From contig NIVC01004717.1 of the NCBI GenBank assembly GCA_002269645.1, forward strand, positions 1-37,168: a DNA stretch of 37,168 bases, in the 5' to 3' direction. Position numbers and translations under genes: made by a program. The DNA is from Macrostomum lignano (Eukaryota). Position 1 is the stretch's first letter; each line of letters starts with the position of its first letter. The notes beneath the pieces were generated by a model, which saw nothing but the letters and a program-made list of their open reading frames with translations, had not been told where the DNA came from and ran no database searches. Shown one piece after another: positions 27,758 through 37,168 of this stretch.

Positions 27758-29101
27758 CTACTTGACAGACTCGTCACTGCCGGTGTGGCAACTGCCATCA
27801 ACACTATTTCTATTAGAACTCTGTCCATAGTATTTATAATATAAGGCGTACTTGCAGGACACAAGCAGGACAAAAGCTGACAATGCAACCACTTGTCTAG
27901 CTGTAATCGATGACTCATCATCAGCGTCGGATTTGGCTTCGCTGCAGCATCGTCTGACAGAGTTCTGCCGGCCTGAGGCGGCGACAGCAGAGTCGGCGTC
28001 TCGGGCCTGCGGTATCCACGCTATGCTGTGATAAGCGCGACTGCGTGCTGGCCAACCTTGAAATCAGTCAGTAGTAAACATTATTAAGATTATACTACTT
28101 GTAACTGAGTAGCTAGAAGCACAGAATATTCTGTGGCTAGAAGTAGTAACTAAACACATTAATTTCGTGAAATTTCAATCTTGTGAAGAAAGGCGCTTTT
28201 GACGTTGTGAAATTTCATTTGTGAACCCACTTCCAACCACACATAGTGAAATAAATATATGGGCCACTCAGGCATATATACTTGTAAAGCAGCTTTCTAC
28301 TTTCAGTTCGGTAGCAAAGAAGAATACATAAGCTATTTTATAAAAATAAAGGCAGCTGAAATGACTTTGGTAGGTTTGGAAGCCAAATCTTGCAGGCGTA
28401 AACAACTTGCTAATTGGTTCAGCAATAATGTACATTGGCCAGTCCACTGAAATGTACATGGAAGCTTTAGGCTGGAATTCCAAGAATGGCAATAAAAATT
28501 GGGGCGGGACGGAGGGGGTAAGTGCGGAAAGGCGCGGTTGGAGGGTTTAAGCTGGGGGGGGGGGGTTAAGAGCCAATAAATAAGCCTTGGCTTTTAAAAT
28601 GCATTAAAATGCTTTAGTTTAACTTACTACTGAACTGAAAGTAGCTTACACGCAAATGTGCTGAGTGGCCCATCTAGTTATTCTAGTATCTGTGCTCCCA
28701 ACTGAAAACCAGAATCAAAGATTCCAAACTGGCATTAGTCAAAAACTTTGGCATCTCTACCCTACCCTTTACACTGCTGAGCCTCTCCAGCCTGCAGAAC
28801 TTGCAAAAGTCTAAAGGCCCTATGTATAGAGATTAATTAATAAGGAAATAATTAAGTTACTGATACTTCAAATAAAACATCAATTACAAAAATATGAAAC
28901 CAAAACCAAATCATTATCTAGCTTAAAAATGGGATGCCAATTAAACATTTAATGATCTACAAATTTAGGATGCCAAAATTAAAGTTGATGTTCCATGACC
29001 ATGACACATACTATTTCATTCTGTTCAGATGTCAACAGTTGCCATATGGTCATAGCATTCTTACCTCGATTACATAGTCTGCAGATTGCCTTTAATTTCA
29101 T
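27758..29101 (-). CDS. Hypothetical 111-aa single-pass membrane protein, two coding exons join(29065..29101, 27758..28056)
   Basis: ATG-MKLKAICRLCNR G|gtaaga ... tttcaag|GT WPARSRAYHSIAWIP...RQVVALSAFVLLVSCKYALYYKYYG...DESVK*. Phases match (1/1) and exon 2 is a stop-free GC-richer island. Confidence 0.6.
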
Positions 29102-31315
29102 TCAGTAATGCAGCTGATGATACCAAAACCTTGCAGGGGGAGGAACTATCAGAAATAGAAATTTAAAATGTTGGTTGTAACTGGTTAAGTTGTTTTGTAA
29201 TCATGAGTATGAGAATTTTAGTGTATGAATATAATTTTCTTCTAAATTAATCCAGATTGACATGGTGACTATAATATACAAGTATATTAGAGGTTGGGTA
29301 AGATCTTGATCTCCAGTTGTTATTAGAGATGTTGACTTTTTTAATTGAATCTCAATCAAATCTTGATATTTAAAAAGTGCCAAGAATGACTAGTATAATA
29401 ATAAACTAATCATAATGGCAAAAGTAATTTTGGAAAAAAACTTTTCTTGATGTAGTATAATAATTTTTTAAAGCAGTCAATTAAACAGCTACAATATGGT
29501 GAAGTTACAATTTTGAATACAGAAGTAAAGTGAGTTAGATATTTTAGTAGTAACAATTATTAGTGCAATAGTATAGAGCAGTAAATGGGATTGATAGTAG
29601 TAAGGTTAGGCAGTAAGTTTGAGTGAGCTTAGACTACCACTTATACAATATATGACAAGTGATTTAATTGTACTATTAAACTAGGGTAACATACTTGTAA
29701 CAACATCATAGCTAAACAGAATGCACTATTTACTAATCAATAATAACAAATTGCTATTCTTCTATGCAACACTTCTTATTATTTCTCATTTCTTATATTA
29801 AGTTATTATCTATTTGACCTAAATATCACTATAAATATTAAAGCTAAAAATTAAATATGTAAAGCCAGGTTATAATAAAAAATCTAAATATACTAAATCT
29901 CTAAAGTTTGTTTATATGCTTGTCTATAACACTCTAGAGATCACAATTCTTGACCATATCTATCTATATTTGCTATAGCTTTTTACAAAAATGTTTATTA
30001 AAAATTCCTGCACAGATGGGCTTTCGAATATCTGTGCTGCGCATGCACACAGCGTGGCATGGAGCCATTACCACCTATATATAGCTGTGTGCTTACTGCA
30101 CATAGCAAATTTGTATGCTGCTGGGCAGCATTGGTGCACTAAAAACTAAAGAACTATTTTTTTGTTTTGTTAAACTTTTACTTTTTAAAAAGTCTATGAT
30201 GGAGTTCTATAAATGCAAGGAAAAAATAGATCTCAGAACTGTTTTTCTTTGTGTATATATTAATTATACTAATGGTGTTAGGCCTACAAATTTTAGTCAT
30301 TGTTTTTTAATGTTAGTATTGCTGAACAATGTAATTGATGTAATTAATGTAAAGTTGCATTTTTTGTAAATGAATTTAATGAATCCATGTGTAGTGCATA
30401 TAGTTGTTGGAACTGGCAACTGCAAAAAGGTCCTTTATTGTTGCAATTGCAAAAAAGACCCTTTATTGTTGCAACTTCCCACAGGTCCCGCATGCAAAGC
30501 ATAACTGCTGGCTGCACACTGCGCCGCACACAATTTTTGTGGCAGCCTAAAATGTTCCTGTGTAGCTGGCACATTATGAGACAATTGATCTATATAGAAT
30601 ATAATATTAGATTAACTAGTATAAATGCTTTAAGATATTTGATATTACTACTATTAAATATAATAGTAAATAAAAAAGAGCCCTAGCCTAGGTCCATAGA
30701 CTAGTCAGGATCATAGACATGGCATGTCTGCGCCAGAATGAATCCTATCAAAAAAGTTAGAATGAGCCATGCGCTGGAACAAATCGTATCAAAGAGGTTT
30801 GCTTGCGCGATATGCTGGAACTATTCCCATCAAATTAACCCTGGTCCCTGGTGCTGTGCTGGTGTGGTGCCTGCCTGCCTGTTTCTCTACCCTTACCCTG
30901 GCCTTAGCCTTATTTATGTTGATAAAATAAGCATAAGTCTATCGTTTACTTTTTTAGTAAAGTAACTAAATATCAAATATTATTTTAAAAAGCGAAAAAC
31001 TACTGATAAATAAAGAATGAGAAGTCTGTTATATTAACATGATAATGAAAACATCAGAATTATTTACGGCTTCGAAGAAAGAAGCAGTTTTGAACATTTG
31101 AACGGTTTAAACAAATACATAAAGCTTAATGGATTGTTTTGCTCCACAAATCCCGATTTTATTTATTTTTTTTAATTTTCTATTACATTAGCTTACTAAA
31201 TAGCACTTACAAGCAATGTAATTAACAGCTGCAGAACATTTCGTCAACAATCAAAGGCAACTCAGCAAAATAATTATCTGGACAAAAGAAGTGGCAATGT
31301 TATGTAATCTTAATT

Positions 31316-32518
31316 CAGGGACAACTTAAACTACCGGGACGCGAAACAAGCCAAATCATGGCGAAAAAAGTTGGGGGCTCGTTTGAATCCACTGTTCTAT
31401 GGTTATTCCAACTGTAACTCTTAAGTCTAAAGAGGTGTGAGGCCAAATAAAAAGCCCTCAACTCTTGTGCGAGTGTGAAAACTTTCGATAAAGTGCAGCG
31501 CCTTTAACTGCAGATCAAACTATAATTCTCAGAAGAAAGCCGAACCAAGATATTTGCTTTTCCTTGAGATGCACAAGAACGGGAGCGTTGGAGACAAACC
31601 CTACCAAGTATTTTTGAGGTAAGAAAGATGTTGACATTCTAAGCGATCATACACACGCTCGTATGCGTGGATGAATTTATTACAAACTAATTGTTAAAAA
31701 TAATTACTGCGATAAAATTTACCATTCTAGAAAGTGACTGAACACATGGACATATGTCAAAAGCACTGCTGGTCAAGTGATACCCCATGTTGAAGAATGG
31801 TCGACATGAAAGACCGAAAGATCCTCTTCTCTGGCTTTCGCTCCAAGCTTCATACAGACGGACAGACAGACAGTCTTTATTGTCCTAAACGTCTCCGTTA
31901 GCGCATTCATTATGCATACGCCAGTTTTGATTCGAGACTTGCAACAATTGGCAAACTGAATCCAATGGAACCTTGACTATTCAACCGCCAGGTGCAGAGT
32001 TATATCGGCCAAATGGATGGACGTGATCCGACTGTACAAATCAGAAGATCACGTTGTCAAACGAACGGAATTAACCCACAAAGCTTGCTATCCTTCAAGC
32101 ATACAGAAAAACGAAGGTAACACTCGCTCCCCAAGTCTTCAATGAAAAGCTTGTTGCAGCACTGAAGTGCGACGGCTCCATAGACACGGCAGTATAAGTC
32201 GTCGGCTTACGAATGTTTATTTTAAAGGCCTGGTAAAGTTCTCATCGAAGGTATGTCATTGTGCTCTGTACGACCGTTTTTCTACTACTCAAATAAAACG
32301 AAAAAACATTTAAAAATGAATAAAAATAAATGTTTTAGACAACCTACTGAACGATTTCAAGCAAAAATAATACTGTGGCCTTAGTCTTTTCAGCAGCTAC
32401 GCTGATCGTAATGCATTTAATACATAAAAAACTGGGCGCCCATAGACTCAAACGAGCCCCCAACTTTTTTCGCCATGATTTGGCTTGTTTCGCGTCCCGG
32501 TAGTTTAAGTTGTCCCTG
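31316..32518 (+). mobile_element. Non-autonomous P-superfamily-like DNA transposon, 1203 bp
   Basis: Perfect 71-bp TIRs starting CAGGGACAAC (31316-31386 and 32448-32518), perfect 8-bp TSD TCTTAATT (31308-31315 and 32519-32526), and an internal THAP remnant. Confidence 0.88.
31491..31830 (+). pseudogene. Decayed THAP zinc-finger (transposase N-terminus) coding remnant
   Basis: KCSAFNCRSNYNSQKK / FAFP*DAQERERWRQTLP / LVCVDEF / YPMLKNGRHERPKDP. This fits the THAP C-x4-C, FP, W, C-x2-H-F pattern, with frameshifts, stops and His replaced by Glu. Confidence 0.65.
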
Positions 32519-32879
32519 TCTTAATTTTTTAGAATGTGTACACTCCTTGGAAGTAACTTTTTGCAGAAACGAAAATGGTTGCCTTAATATATAAGTCAAA
32601 TGGCAATGCAAATGTTTCGCACGTACATGTACACTTCTCGGAGGCCATATTGTATGCTGGGGCTGATGTCCGTCTCTCTGTAATTATTTCAGTTTTAAAA
32701 CTGCAGTCATGTTTCAAATAAAAGTACATGTAACATGACAATTTTTAACGTTGGGCTAACATGCCGGTTGACGAAATGTCCGTGGTTACCCATTGAACTT
32801 GTAATTATATTTACTCTTTCTCTTACACTTAATTTTCGCTAGTCACAACCTGAACTAAACTGAATTTCATGTACATTGT

Positions 32880-33200
32880 AGACAACAAAAACAACAAACT
32901 AGAACAAGGATGCGCAGTAAGTCAGTGAAGACAACGTCAGGTGGCACGCTGAAGCATGCGAGCGGACAACGTCCGGGCCATGTCTCAGATTTCTCAGGAT
33001 GCAGTCTACGCGGGGACGTTATCTCTCCGGGTCCCCGCGCTTGAGCCCGCCTTAAAGGTCCCACTAAAATGAGCAGCAGGACGTGCTGAACAGGCTGGGA
33101 GCAGTACATGCGTAGCTCTCATATCCCAGATCGCGTGGCCTGCCAGTTCGAGTCGAGGATTGTGGATGGGGCTGGTGCAGCTCAGACCGGACACTCTCAT
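32880..33200 (-). mobile_element. Second decayed RTE fragment, inverted
   Basis: RLELAGHAI / YCSQPVQHVLLLILVGPLRRAQAR, homologous to the + copy; ends in a TTG-rich tail. Confidence 0.7.
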
Positions 33201-33249
33201 CAACTTAAAAAGCTGCATGGAGCAGCACCAAGTGTGCCAAGTCCAACTG

Positions 33250-33930
33250 TTGTCAACAGTTCATCTACCTCGGCGGTCTGGTTTCCGGCATCCGCGAGAA
33301 CCTGAGTGGCGTCACCGCGGGGTTGCCTTTTATTCTGCGAGGGCAGTCCTGCAGTCCAAGACCCAATACATGGACTGCTAGAGGGTGGCGCTGTTCCAGG
33401 CGGTTGGCTGAGACAGTCCTGCTGTACAACGCTGTACAACACCGGGACGCTCTCGGACCATCTCGAGCATCAAGTAGACGCGGCGAAGTCTGGCCTCCTG
33501 CGCGCCGCCTTCAAGATGGGTGACGATCGCGAGTTTCCAACGCGGCACTGCATCATCGCGCTGGCCCGGTCCAATTAAAGCGACCTGCGTTGCACCGTCG
33601 GCGGCGACTCCAACTGGCAGGCCACATCCTCCGCGGCGAGTCGTACTGCCCGCAGCCTGTGCAGGAGGTGCTGCTGCTGACGCTGCTGGCACCCTACCGG
33701 CGGGGGAAGGCGCGCACCCAGCATTTCGTCGACTATCTGCTGGTGCTGACTGAAGCTGGCGCCCCGAATTCGGTCGGTGACGTGGTCTTTGTTCGTGATC
33801 TGGTCGAGAGGCGCGCCCTGCTGTGAGGCTGCCTTCTGAAGACCGTGACAGCGTGTTTTGCTCCTGATGTGCCCGACGTGGAGAGGACTGGCGGCGCAAA
33901 GGACTTGCATGGGCGGCCTACCCGTCAATT
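33250..33930 (+). mobile_element. Decayed RTE-clade non-LTR retrotransposon, 3' fragment
   Basis: Across frames: FIYLGG (RT end), ETVLLYNA, LLRAAF, RRRLQLAGHILRGESYCPQPVQEVLLLTL...YRRGKAR. These resemble the RTE post-RT motifs LLYxxETW and RRLRWAGH. Confidence 0.75.
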
Positions 33931-33984
33931 CGCGCCGTCTTGATCAGTCCAAAGCGCTTCCCAGATCGCCAGAGCGCTAGCTAG

Positions 33985-34075
33985 GGCAGACGATGATCGA
34001 GAGAGACCGGCCTGCTCTACAACGCCGAGACGCAGTGGACGCTGACGACCACGCTGGAGCGGCGCGCGACGTGGA
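33985..34075 (+). mobile_element. Third short RTE fragment
   Basis: ctgctctacaacgccgagacgcagtggacgctgacgaccacgctggagcgg translates as LLYNAETQWTLTTTLER. Confidence 0.6.
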
Positions 34076-35316
34076 AGCTTTGTCGTCTGTCCCACCTGAT
34101 TCTAGTCAAAAAGTGGCAGCCTCGATGTCGTCCGTCACACAGAGCGCGACGGCTGTGTGAAATTTAACGAGAAACTCTATTTCTTAGAAATGAGCTGGCG
34201 GTCAGTAAGGACCGTACATACTACTGTACGAATTGTTAGTGCATATCTAGTATGTTCTAAAAAATCTGATTTTTCTCCAACCGATTTTGTCTATGGCGAA
34301 ACCCCCATTCAGAGCTATGCGTTCTCTAGAACACTAAAGGCACTGGCGATACGTCGATACGTTCCTGTACGGGTCCATCTGTATCTACTTCAGCTCTCCA
34401 CAATCACAGCGCAGCTATAGACAGGTGACATTACTGATCGGTTGCTTAAATTGAGCTTGAACCTGACAGTTCAAGTTCAAGTTCGAATTAATGACGAATT
34501 CGAACACACTGTAGCTTGATATATACTTTCCCGAATTTCCTCAACCTGGCTTACAGGTAGACCTAATAATCAAAGTAATAATCAGTTCGTCTATTAAAAA
34601 GGCGTACTAGCTGGGATGAGACTTGCATGTAACATCACCGCATCCATGCAGCCAAAACCTGTTTGAGTAGGAAACTTTGGGTAATATCTACGAGTATTTT
34701 GGCCTACGACTACAGAAATGGTGCACTTGATATTAGAATTTCTTGTATAAAAGTTCACGTTCCTGTCCTGTCAACTTGTTGCTGTCAATCTTACGCTGCA
34801 TTGAAAATTTTAAATCAAAATAACAAAATATCAAATCATTGGACACCATTAATAAAAATGATAAAATATGCTTGCTTCAGTTAAAAAAACAGTATATATT
34901 ATTCTGTTTTCTATACTCATATGGTATGGATAGACCACGCAGGGGGTACCAGCGACAACAAAGGAATTTTCGGACATTGTGGCATCTTTTGCAATTTTAG
35001 ACGAACCATTTTTTCAAGTTACGTGTACGTGCTGAGGGGTAGATTGCGTTCAATTTAGCCGTAGGCATAGAGAACAGATGAGAAGAAATTAGGCAATGCT
35101 GTTCACAGGCAGTTTCACGAAGAAAGTACGAATACGATTTTCAGCTACATAAAGTTGAGACAATTGGACATCTTGAAGCGGACAAAAAGAGAGGAAAATG
35201 CAACACAATGACGACCAACCCGACTACCATGCATATAACATGAAGCATTCAGAAAGTGTCGATCTATTCAAATCTAGGATTGCATGGAACTGCTAGTCGG
35301 TAGCACACCAGCAATT

Positions 35317-36708
35317 TTAGCGGCAGTTCTTTGACCAACCGGCCGGAGATTCGTCGCTTTCGTCCGGCAGGTCTCTCCGATACCTGCTTCTGTCGTGCCG
35401 TCCGCCGCGTTGGTCTCGAGCGGCGGCAATGCACTCGGCGCACTCGAACGTCTGGGTGTGCAGCGACAGTGTCACATAGGGACAGTGGAAGAGCGTTTCC
35501 CGACGGTTCTGGGTCGGCTGCAGTTTGTTGCCATCGCGGCACAAGTGTCGTGGGCGAGAGGCTGCCGTCTGCCGATCAGACAAAGTTTCGTATTTTTTCC
35601 ACCGACGATCCGCAGCCTGTCTCTCTGGATTCTCCATCCGGTGCTGCGCGCTGCTCGACGGTTGGAAAAAGTTCAAGTCTTCATCCTCCTCCCGGCATGT
35701 ATCGTCAGGCTCGTCTTGATCGTAGTCGTCCATTTGATAGCGCATTCTGCTCCGATCTGGTCTCTGGCATCGCCTCGTTCGTCCGGGCAGCATCAAGTCA
35801 CTTGGCGCATGATTGCCGGAGTAAATCTTGTCCATTTGAAGCTTCGACTGGCGCGGCAGTTGCTGCAGTTGCTCTTTCTGACGAAGTTCTCGGCTTCTTT
35901 TCTGTTGTTGCTTGCGCGGCTCTTGAATTTGCTGCGACTGCCTTCTCGACGGCTGGACCGCAGGCTGTCGCGGTTGCTGCAAAGACTGCCGACTGCTCGT
36001 TCGCCTCCGGAAGTCATCTGGACTGCGATAGATTTCGTTCCAATTCGAGGAATTTTGCTCGTATTCCCAATCTGTGTAGTCGCTTCGGCGATTCTCCCGG
36101 TTGCCGCGTCGCGATTGAAACTGCCGCTGCCGCTGCTCAGCCGGCGACGGCGGAAGTGGGGACGGCGAACGCGGCATTGGAATTTGCACAGGCGATTCAG
36201 ACTGCATTGGCGATTGTTGGTAGCCAGTTCTCCGCCTCGACGATGGCACTTGCTGCTGTCTCGGCAGCTGGCGATGCTGCCCGTTCGATGTGTTGATGTT
36301 TTGTTTAGCTATCCTAGCTAGTACTCTGGCTAAAGCGCTTGAATCAAGGTTCACTTGGTCGCCGCTCATGTCGCCCGAGCAAGCATCAGACGAAATCAAA
36401 GGAGAAATCGCTGCTTGGTATGCAACCTTGGAGCTCGACTGCTCAATGGCGTCTCTTTCAAACCTACGAGTACCTGGTCTCGACAACAGCTTGCGCTTGT
36501 GAGGGCTGCACAACTGCCTGCAGCGGCTCTTTGTCGAGCCCTCCGACTGCTTTGCTTGTTTGCTTCGTTGCTTTCGCAACGGGGAGCATCGATAAGAACA
36601 TCTGTCCGTCCTGCTCTTCTGCAGTCTGCGATGCTGGCGTTGGAAGACGCTGGCTTCCGAATGGCTGGATGAATCGCTGGCGCTGTCTTCGGTTTGGCTG
36701 CAGCGCAT
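35317..36708 (-). CDS. Hypothetical 463-aa intronless R/Q/S-rich protein with a Cys/His-containing C-terminal segment
   Basis: Long ATG-initiated ORF (aaacaaaATG context) filling a GC-rich island. Its Q/P-run composition resembles the LNX exons. No recognisable family. Confidence 0.65.
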   Translation of the reverse strand: MRCSQTEDSASDSSSHSEASVFQRQHRRLQKSRTDRCSYRCSPLRKQRSKQAKQSEGSTKSRCRQLCSPHKRKLLSRPGTRRFERDAIEQSSSKVAYQAAISPLISSDACSGDMSGDQVNLDSSALARVLARIAKQNINTSNGQHRQLPRQQQVPSSRRRTGYQQSPMQSESPVQIPMPRSPSPLPPSPAEQRQRQFQSRRGNRENRRSDYTDWEYEQNSSNWNEIYRSPDDFRRRTSSRQSLQQPRQPAVQPSRRQSQQIQEPRKQQQKRSRELRQKEQLQQLPRQSKLQMDKIYSGNHAPSDLMLPGRTRRCQRPDRSRMRYQMDDYDQDEPDDTCREEDEDLNFFQPSSSAQHRMENPERQAADRRWKKYETLSDRQTAASRPRHLCRDGNKLQPTQNRRETLFHCPYVTLSLHTQTFECAECIAAARDQRGGRHDRSRYRRDLPDESDESPAGWSKNCR

Positions 36709-36924
36709 TTTGTTTTAAACTTTCGACGATGCGATCTTTTGTATTGCTACTGCTAAGTTTGTAATCGCCTTGGCTACAAGTTTACCCCTCTATAAATTTA
36801 GCCCACCTAATTCGCATAATCATCAAATAAATATGTTACTTTGAAATATGCAGCCTTAATTTTGGCCAGAGACAAAATAATTCTAATTGTATGTTGATTA
36901 ATTACGCCGAGATCGCCCCTGTTG

Positions 36925-37168
36925 AATAGGATGTAGGATGTTAGGATGTAGGATAGTAGGATAGTGTGTAGGATAGAAGGATGTAGGATGTTAGGATGTA
37001 GGATAGTAGGATAGTGTGTAGGATAGTAGGATGTAGGATGTTAGGACGTAGTATAGTAGGATATAGGATGTAGGATAGTAGGATGTAGGATGTTAGGATG
37101 TAGGATAGTAGGATGTAGGATCGTAGGATGTAGGATAGTAGGATGTAGGATAGTAGGATGTAGGATAG
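36925..37168. repeat. Compound TAGGATG/TAGGATAG repeat running off the end of the window
   Basis: Direct reading. Confidence 0.95.

Noticed and set aside
27859-28032. + strand terminal exon (DTSRTKADNATTCLAV...IHAML*)
   Set aside because: It is the antisense shadow of the better-supported minus-strand exon, which has a longer open frame, a TM helix and a phase-matched ATG exon.
33306-33928. Overlapping 60-170-aa GC-rich ORFs as genes
   Set aside because: Explained by frameshifted RTE remnants and their antisense frames.
36925-37168. Telomeric repeat
   Set aside because: The units are TAGGATG/TAGGATAG, not TTAGGG or another known telomere motif.

Overview
This is eukaryotic (metazoan) genomic DNA, not prokaryotic. 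The GT-AG introns, Gln/Ala/Pro-run-rich exons and dense (ACAG)n and satellite content suggest a Macrostomum-type flatworm, but that is inference only. The main gene is a minus-strand LNX1/2-family E3 ligase (Zn-RING-Zn-Zn plus 4 PDZ domains, ending WPGTIV*). I reconstructed it from 10 coding exons between 5154 and about 20228; the ORF track shows it only in pieces. It has a 1-nt frameshift in PDZ3, no NPAY/F Numb-binding motif, and a candidate alternative first exon that would give a RING-less isoform. Almost every intron longer than about 250 nt carries its own tandem array or mobile element. Other features: a hidden two-exon gene for a 111-aa single-pass membrane protein (27758-29101, minus), a 463-aa intronless low-complexity ORF (minus), a 1.2-kb P-superfamily DNA transposon (71-bp TIRs, 8-bp TSD, decayed THAP domain), three decayed RTE-clade LINE fragments, two tRNA-derived SINE families, a candidate non-autonomous Helitron, and a nested double inverted repeat (24.35-24.82 kb) carrying a Penelope-type minimal hammerhead ribozyme core. 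There is no CRISPR array, rRNA gene or convincing intact tRNA gene.
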